Positions 56,476-64,000 of a stretch of DNA of 64,000 nucleotides are shown here, one piece after another (positions within the stretch are counted from its first letter, which is position 1; every line of letters starts with the position of its first letter). The notes below the pieces were generated by a model. It was not told the DNA's origin and ran no database searches. It saw only the letters and a list, made by a program, of their open reading frames with translations. The position numbers were made by a program, and so were the translations under genes. This DNA comes from Dictyostelium discoideum (Eukaryota): contig CM000151.3 in assembly GCA_000004695.1 (NCBI GenBank), forward strand, positions 7,808,001-7,872,000, in the 5' to 3' direction.

Positions 56476-59400
56476 AGAAGATAATAATTTAGCAAAAGAT
56501 AATATTTTAAAAGATTTTGATAATAATGATAATAGCAATGATAATAATAATTTAACAAAATCAACAGATGAAAATAAAGAACAAGAACAAGTTAAAAGAA
56601 GATTATCATTTCAAAATTTAGATAATCATCCAATGAATACAGTTTCAAAGAATCAAGCACATAATGCATACACTTTTCAAGCCTATGATCAAAAAGATGT
56701 TAGAACAGGAGCATATCCAAAATTATCCATTGATTTATTTGGTACTTCAAAAGAGATTCCACAAATTTTTCATGAGATGAAACAACAAATTGGTGAAAAG
56801 CGTGCCAATAGACCATCATCACCAACTCAATACCTCTCCACGATTCAATCATCGACAACAACCGTTCAAAAACAACAAGCTAAATCTTTTGCTGAAACTT
56901 TATCAATTAAAGATATTTTCAATCAACCACCACCATCAACAGCTACACCAGCATCTACATCGACTTCAAGTACAACTACAATTGGTAAAGGTGAGAATCA
57001 TAATGCAATTATTCAAGGTGCAGATGTTGTAATACCACCAACTAAAAAAGAGATATCAGGAGGTGAACATACTCCAATCGAAATGAAACCAATGGGTCAA
57101 ACCGCTGAATTATCTAAAAAGGATAAATCTGCAACCAAACAAAAAGCTTCCGAATATGATGTTAATGAACATGAACTAACACTTGAACAAATTTCTGAAA
57201 AATTTTCAACAAATATTAATTCAAATGATCCATCATTATCATCTGTAAATATTTTTTTAAAATTATATTTACCAATTTTAAAAATAGAAATATCATATTA
57301 ACTTTTTTTTTTTTTTATTTTTTTTTTTTAAAAAAAAAGGGTTTAACACAATCATTAGCAAATGAATTATTAATTAGAAATGGTAAAAATATATTAAAAC
57401 CACCAAAAGAGGTACCATGGTATGTTCAATTAGGAAAATGTTTTACAAATTTCTTTATGATACTTTTAGAAGTTGCAGGAGCATTATGTTTTTTAGCTTA
57501 TGGATTGGATAGAAATCAAAGGGTAAATTTATATTTGGCATGCGTTTTATATGCAATTGTAATATTTACATGTTTATTAACATTCTCACAAGAGCGTCAA
57601 ACTGGTAACATTATGAAATCATTTAAGAATCTTTTACCACAATCATGTCGTGTTATTCGTGATGGTTCAGAGACCAAAGTCAAGGTGGAGGATATTGTAG
57701 TTGGTGATATTGTAATGTGTCAAGCTGGTGATAAAGTACCTGCCGATATTCGTATTATCACATGTAATGGTATGAAAGTGGATAATTCATCATTGACTGG
57801 TGAGAGTGATGCCCAATCTTGTACTGTTACATGTACCGATGATAATCCATTGGAGACTCATAATCTTGCTTTCTGTGGTACATTGGTTATGGATGGTTCA
57901 GCTCGTGGTGTTGTAATTAGAACTGGTTCAAATACATTGATTGGTAAAATCGCAGATTTAGCATCAAATACAGAACAAACCGAAACAACATTACAAATCG
58001 AAATTAAAAGATTCGTTCATTTCATCACTGCATTGGGTATCACTATGGGTTTGATCTTCTTTATCATTGGTTTCGCAGTTGGTATTGATTCAATTCAAAA
58101 TTTAATTAATGTGTTGGGTTTAATTGTTGCAAATGTACCAGAGGGTTTACCATCAACTATTACAGCTTGTTTAACGGTTACAGCACGTCGTTTGTCAAGA
58201 AGAAATGTTTATAGTAAGAAATTGGAATCCATTGAAACATTAGGTTCAATTACATTGATTGCATCAGATAAAACAGGTACTCTCACTCAAAATCGTATGA
58301 CCGTTAGCCATATGTGGTATGACAATACCATTGTTAGAGCCATTGAAAATGGTGGTACCATTGGTCGTCAGTTATTCGATATTGGTACACCAACTTGTGC
58401 AGCATTATTAAATGTAGGTGCTTGTTGTAATCGTGCAGATTTCGATAGATTATTAGAGGGTAATATGGAAAGACCAATTGAAAATCGATTAATTCTTGGT
58501 GATGCTTCAGAGAGTGCAATTCTTCGTCTTTGTCATACAATTGAAGATATTGAAATTACTCGTGCTAAAAATCCAAAAGTTTTTGAAATCCCATTCAATT
58601 CAACAAATAAATGGCAACTTTCAATTCATAAACTACCAAATGATCAACCACAATCAAATACTTCTACCGCTAGAATATTGTATATGAAAGGTGCACCAGA
58701 GATTATCTTTGAAAAATGTTCAAAACTTATGATTAATGGTAAAGAATTGGAAATTGATGAAAAGATAAAGAATGATTTCATTCAAGCATATGAAGCATTG
58801 GGTAGTATGGGTGAAAGATGTTTAGGTTTCGCTCAATTATTATTAGATAATGAAAATACCGTACCAAATGATATGTATGATGCTCAAACTTTAAATTTCC
58901 CAATGACAGGTTTAACATTTGTTGGTTTATGTTCATTATTAGATCCACCAAGAGAAAATGTACCATTTGCAGTTCATCAATGTAAAACAGCTGGTATTAA
59001 AGTTATTATGGTCACTGGTGATCATCCAATCACTGCTAAAGCTATCGCTAAAAAAGTTGGTATCATCTCCTCACCAACTGCCGAAGATATAGCATTGGAA
59101 AGAGGTATTCCACTCTCACAAGTCGATGATAATGAAGTTAAAGCTGTGGTTTTACATGGTGGTCAAATTCGTGAACTAACTGATGCAGATTGGGACCGTG
59201 TCCTAAGTAAGAGTGAAATTGTTTTCGCAAGAACTTCACCTCAACAAAAAAGTCAAATCGTAGAAAATGCTCAAAAAAGAAAAGAAGTAGTTGCTGTAAC
59301 TGGTGATGGTGTAAACGATTCACCAGCTTTAAAGAAAGCAGATATTGGTGTTGCTATGGGTATTGTAGGTAGTGATGTTGCAAAAGAAACTGCCGATATC

Positions 59401-60216
59401 ATTTTATTGGATGATAATTTCGCATCAATTGTAGCTGGTATCGAAGAAGGTAGAATCATTTTCGATAATTTAAAGAAATCCATCGCTTATACACTCTCTC
59501 ATGCAGTTCCAGAGGTAGCACCATTCCTTTTAAATATTATTTCAGGTATTCCATTGGCAATAACATCATTCTTAATTCTTTGTATCGATTTGGGTACAGA
59601 AATGGCACCTGCAATCTCTTTGGCTTATGAAACTGGTGAAAAGGATATTATGAGTCGTAAACCACGTGTTTTAGGTAAAGATCATTTAGTAACTACAAAT
59701 CTCTTATCTTATAGTTATCTTCAAGCTGGTCCAATCGAAGCTATCATTTCATTCTTAAATTTCTTCTTGGTATTGGCTCATCATGGTTTCCCACCTCATT
59801 CTCTTCCAGGAACTACAAATGATTACTTTTTTGAAGGTTGTGGTAAGTATTTAGGTTTCGAATCGGATTATCAAGTTGAAGCTCTTCGTCAAGCTCAAAC
59901 CGCTTATTTTATGACTTTGGTAACTTGTCAATTCTTTAATCTAATAACTAATAGAACTCGTGTCGTTCCTTTGTGGTCTCATAAAATTTTAAGTAATTGG
60001 TATATCAATATTGGTTTAGTTATTGAAGCTGGTATTTGTGCTTTTGTTGTATACACTCCATTCGTTCATACAATTATCGAATCAGCTTCTGTACCAGGTT
60101 TATTTTGGGCTTATCCACTTCCAATGATATTTTGTCTTTTTAGTTGGAATGAAATTCGTAAACGTATAGCCTATGATAGACCAGATTGGAAAATTTCTTC
60201 ATCATTAGGTTTTTAA
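56423..60216 (+). CDS. Na+/K+ (or H+/K+)-type P-type ATPase alpha subunit (type IIC) with a 274-aa Asn-rich N-terminal extension. Two exons at 56423..57244 and 57340..60216. 1232 aa.
   Basis: Exon 1 ends ...EYDVNEHELTLEQISEKFSTNINSNDPSLSS on a GTAAAT donor. After a (T)n(A)n-aag acceptor, exon 2 starts GLTQSLANELLIRNGKNILKPPKEVPWYVQLGKCFTNFFMILLEVAGALCFLAYGL.... Together they reproduce the N-terminal segment of animal Na,K-ATPase alpha ([45 protein letters not shown]...). Downstream are DKTGTLTQN (phosphorylation site), TGES, MVTGDHPITAKAIA, VAVTGDGVNDSPALKKADIGVAMG and the 10-TM topology. Confidence 0.85.
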
Positions 60217-60354
60217 AAAACAATTAAAGAAATTCAATTCTAATAAAAAAAAAAAAAAATAATAATATATAATAAAAATTCAAATTTATAAATTTAATGT
60301 AGTATTAATTTACATTATAGTTTTATAAATTTTAAAAATCGACACATATTAAAA

Positions 60355-60357
<3 letters not shown>

Positions 60358-60440
<83 letters not shown>
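60358..60440. repeat. (TTTA)n microsatellite of about 20 units
   Basis: tttatttattta... uninterrupted, between the ATPase 3' end and the 3' end of the 60434..62935 gene. Confidence 0.9.
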
Positions 60441-60962
60441 TTATATCGATTTAAAAGATAACTTATTGATGGTGATGGTCTTAGTTTTAATTGAATTAAA
60501 ATTTGAATTGGATTTGGCATTAAACCAATTGATTCAATTAAATAATCTACCAAATCTAAATAATTATTTTCCATTGCAATTAAAGTTAATTCGACTAATC
60601 TGGGAACTTGTAAACAATTTAAACTTTTATTATTATTATTAATTGATTTTGCATTTTTAAATATAAAAGAATATTTTTCATTTAATAGTTGTAAAATTAA
60701 TAAATGACCATTCTTTACAGCACTCTCAAGTAAATGAATTAAATATTTTGTTGGTGTTTTACTTTGTTCATTTTGATAATATTTTGACATAAATTCATCA
60801 ATTAATAAAAGATCACATTTTTTACCCAATTCTTTTAATAATAATGATGATAAATCTATATTTTTATCAAGCAATTTAAATAATTCTAATTTTTCATTTA
60901 AATAATATAAATAAATTATATTATTTTTAAATTGTTGTTGTAAATTATTATTTAATTCATCA

Positions 60963-60994
<32 letters not shown>

Positions 60995-62935
60995 GTTATT
61001 ATTAAAATCAATTAAACCAATATCAATATATTTTGAAAATGAATGATTTCTAAAATTATTATTATTATTTAATCTAAGAAATGTACAACTATAACCTTTT
61101 TCATGTAAAAATTTTAAAACATTTTTTGATAATTTTTCATCATTCATTATTGAATAATCATTTTTTGAAACAATTGAAAACTTTTCAAAACATTCCATTA
61201 AATCAAATCTTTCTCTATATAATAATGATTGATAATTAAAATTGAAATCTTTTTTATTTTGACATAAATAAGTTAACACTTTAGTTGATTCAACAAATTG
61301 TAAGAAATTATTTGAAATAATATGTTTTGATTTATTAATTCCAATACCATAAATTAACATTAAATGATGAATAAATTGTATGATTTCTAAATCATCATTT
61401 TTTAAAGCCAATTTAAATATATAATCTTTTTCTTGATAACAATTTATATGATATAAAAATGTTTGTAAAAATATTCTTTGTTTTTCTTTATCATTTAAAC
61501 AATATTTAAATAATTTTAAATTTTCATTAATTTCAAAATTATTATTATTATTATTATTATTTTTATTTTTTGATAGTAATGATGATGATGATAATAATGA
61601 TAATGATGATGTTAAAGATATTGAAGCCTTATAATTTATTTTTTGAGATGATATTATTTCTAATAATGCTTCAGAATTACCATATTCAATACAAAATTCA
61701 ATACCTTTTTGTAATTTAATTTTTTGATTTAAATTTGATAAATAATTTAATTGATTATATTTAATTGAATATTCAAGTTGATTTAAAATTTGATTCTGAA
61801 ATCTAAAACAACATAATTCTTGTAAATCAATAATATAAATTTCAATCAATTGTTTAATATCTTGATTTTCAAATGGATAACTTGATAATGGTTTATCATC
61901 ATTTATCGTGGTTGGTAAATTTAATTTTTTAATTTTTTCAATATTCGATTTATCATCAATTCTTAAATATCTTTCTAAAATTGATAATGAGAATTTAATA
62001 TACTTTTTTAATTGATCTACTGTGCAATCAAATAATTTATCCATACATGAAAAACTAAGACTATTTTGATCTACTATAATTTTATCATTCAAATAAAGTT
62101 TATCAAATAGCTCTAAATCTAATTCCAAATAAATTGATGTATCAAATTGACTTGGTTCACATTTACTTAAATCAATATTTACTTCATTTAATAAATAATT
62201 TGCAATTTCATTATAATTTTTATTTTTATTTTCTTTTGATTCAAATAAATTCTTTAATAATTCTTTTTCTGAATAATTTTTTGAAATTTCTAAATTTTCA
62301 TTATTAAATAAAAATTTTAAAATTTTTAAATTAGTACCATTTTTAATTGATAAATCAATTAATGATGAATTATTTAAAAATTTATAATTAAAATCTGAAT
62401 CATTAATTATAATTTTTAATAATTCAATATTATTTGAAATACATAATTCTTCACATAATGTTTCAGATTTATGAATTAAATGTCTTTTATAATTTTTAAT
62501 TAAATTATTATAGAAATTATTTGAAATTATTGTATCACCATTTATAGTTTCAAATAAATCTTGAATTTTAAAATTTTTTGAAAATGTTAAATAACAATTT
62601 TGTTTAACTTTATCTATTAATAATTCTATAAAGTTATTTTTTAACATATAATCAACTGAATGAATTTCATGATATTTTTTATTTCTTGTAAATTTTTCTT
62701 TTAAATTATTTAAAATATTTATTAAAATATATTTATTTCTCCAAATTTTCCAAAATAAAATTTCTTTTTTTTCATCAGTTATTAAATTTAATGTAGTTGA
62801 TGATTCTTCATTTATTATTTTAATTATTTCATTTTTATTATTTTTAAAATTTAATTGTTCAATAATATTATTATTTAAATTATTAATTATAATATTTCTA
62901 TTACAACTTGTGCATGTAATATCATTTATTATCAT
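60434..62935 (-). CDS. Uncharacterised 833-aa protein, Leu/Asn/Lys/Ile-rich, probably an alpha-helical repeat architecture. No family recognised.
   Basis: Single uninterrupted ORF from ATG at 62935. There are no homopolymer runs beyond short poly-N, and the composition resembles Dictyostelium-specific helical-repeat proteins. I cannot assign a domain. Confidence 0.45.
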
Positions 62936-63714
62936 TTTTATTTTTATTTATTTGTTAATTATTTTTTATTTATTTTATTTTTAAAATTATTTAATAGTTC
63001 TCTTTTTATAAACTTTTTTATTTTTTTAATTTTTTTTTAATTTTATTTAATACAAATATTAATTTTTAAATTTATTTTATTTAAAATATTTAAATAAATA
63101 AAAAAAAAAAAAAAAAATAAATTTATCTGAAGATGTGGAGTTGTAATACAGAAAAAAAAAAAATAACAATTTTATTATTGTTTAATATCGGGTTATTAAT
63201 GTTAAAATAATTTAATTAGTGTTTAATTCGTATATTATATTTTTTTTTTTTATTCAATTAATTAAATTTTTTTTTTTTTTATATTTTATTTTTATTTTAT
63301 TTTATTTTTATTTTTTTTTAATTAAATATTACCAACACACCAAACAATTATTGTGAAAATAAATAAAAAAAATAAAAAAAATAAAAAAAATAAAAAAAAA
63401 CAAAAATAAAAAATTGGTTTGTGTGAAATTTCAAAATAAGTTTTATTATAATAACCATTTTATTAGATTTTTTTTTTTTTAAAATAAAAATAATTTTTTT
63501 TGGTATAAATTCTTACTATTGCCGGTATATTATTTTTTGGTATAAATTCTTACTATTGTCTGTGTATTATTTTTTTTGATATTGACCAGTTATTATCCTG
63601 ATGTAATAAATTGATTTAAAAGTAACTGTGTTTTTTTATTTTAAAAAAAAAAAAGTAAATTAAAATACAATAGGGAGTTTTATCTTTTTTCATCATTATT
63701 GTAAAACCTCATTC

Positions 63715-63725
63715 GGAGTCGAACC
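63715..63725 (-). promoter_or_regulatory. Downstream extra B-box (exB) of tRNA-Leu
   Basis: Minus-strand GGTTCGACTCC lies about 20 nt 3' of the tRNA end, outside any tRNA fold. Confidence 0.5.
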
Positions 63726-63744
63726 TATGATCTTTAGATGATAG

Positions 63745-63827
63745 GAAAAAGTATTGCAAGAGGCGAGATTCGAACTCGCGAACCGAATGGATGAGATCTT
63801 AAGTCACACGGATTTAACCAGACTTTC
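63745..63827 (-). tRNA. tRNA-Leu(UAA): tRNA-Leu (anticodon UAA), type II with a long variable arm
   Basis: Minus strand: GCAAGGGTAGGAAAGTCTGGTTAAATCCGTGTGACTTAAGATCTCATCCATTCGGTTCGCGAGTTCGAATCTCGCCTCTTGCA. The acceptor stem is GCAAGGG/CTCTTGC with one G-U pair. The D stem is 3 bp, GGA/TCC. The anticodon loop CUUAAGA (U33-UAA-G37) is identical to metazoan tRNA-Leu-UAA, and the stem has one U-U mismatch. The variable region is 12 nt. The T arm is GCGAG-TTCGAAT-CTCGC. Discriminator is A. 83 nt. Confidence 0.75.
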
Positions 63828-64000
63828 CTACCCTTGCTTTGATGTTTTTAGTGTAATAAAGCTTGTTAGCTTTATAAATATATATCGCGTAGCAAAATTT
63901 TCAAAAAAAAAGCAAAAAATAATCAGATCGAAAAAAACAAACAACAACAACAATCTCTTTTTTTGATTATTTCATTTTTCATATAAAAAAGACTTAAAAA

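Noticed and set aside
56790-57032. Plus-strand alternative-frame ORF inside ATPase exon 1
   Set aside because: It overlaps the in-frame, conserved N-terminal coding sequence of the pump and is low-complexity His/Gln.

Overview
This looks like nuclear genomic DNA from a dictyostelid amoeba, very probably Dictyostelium discoideum. It is roughly 75-80% A+T. Coding regions are islands with codon bias, full of poly-Asn, poly-Gln and poly-Ser tracts. Introns are short, AT-rich and start GTAAGT or GTATGT. Intergenic DNA is homopolymer-rich. I can support about 27 protein-coding genes, several with reconstructed exon structures. They include G-beta, Ubc13, Seh1, endonuclease III, a Na/K-type P-ATPase, a peroxinectin, a MscS-like channel, a urea transporter, an RluA-type pseudouridine synthase, an OTU protease, an RRM protein, an mS38 homolog and an SREK1IP1-like protein. 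There are three tRNA genes (Arg-ACG, Val-AAC, Leu-UAA), each followed by a downstream extra B-box. I also see microsatellites and a few striking perfect hairpins. There are no prokaryotic features such as CRISPR arrays or operons. The most unusual item is a two-exon gene encoding a signal-peptide protein with a yeast-Fcy1-like cytosine deaminase domain (HGE / PCxxC zinc site) fused to a C-terminal carbohydrate-binding-module-like beta domain. It lies next to the tRNA-Arg gene, a complex non-genic block and a small secreted Cys-rich ORF. All calls are made by eye from the sequence and the ORF track, with no database searches. Many ORF-track 'M' starts are actually TTG/CTG/GTG, so I re-derived starts and splice sites manually.
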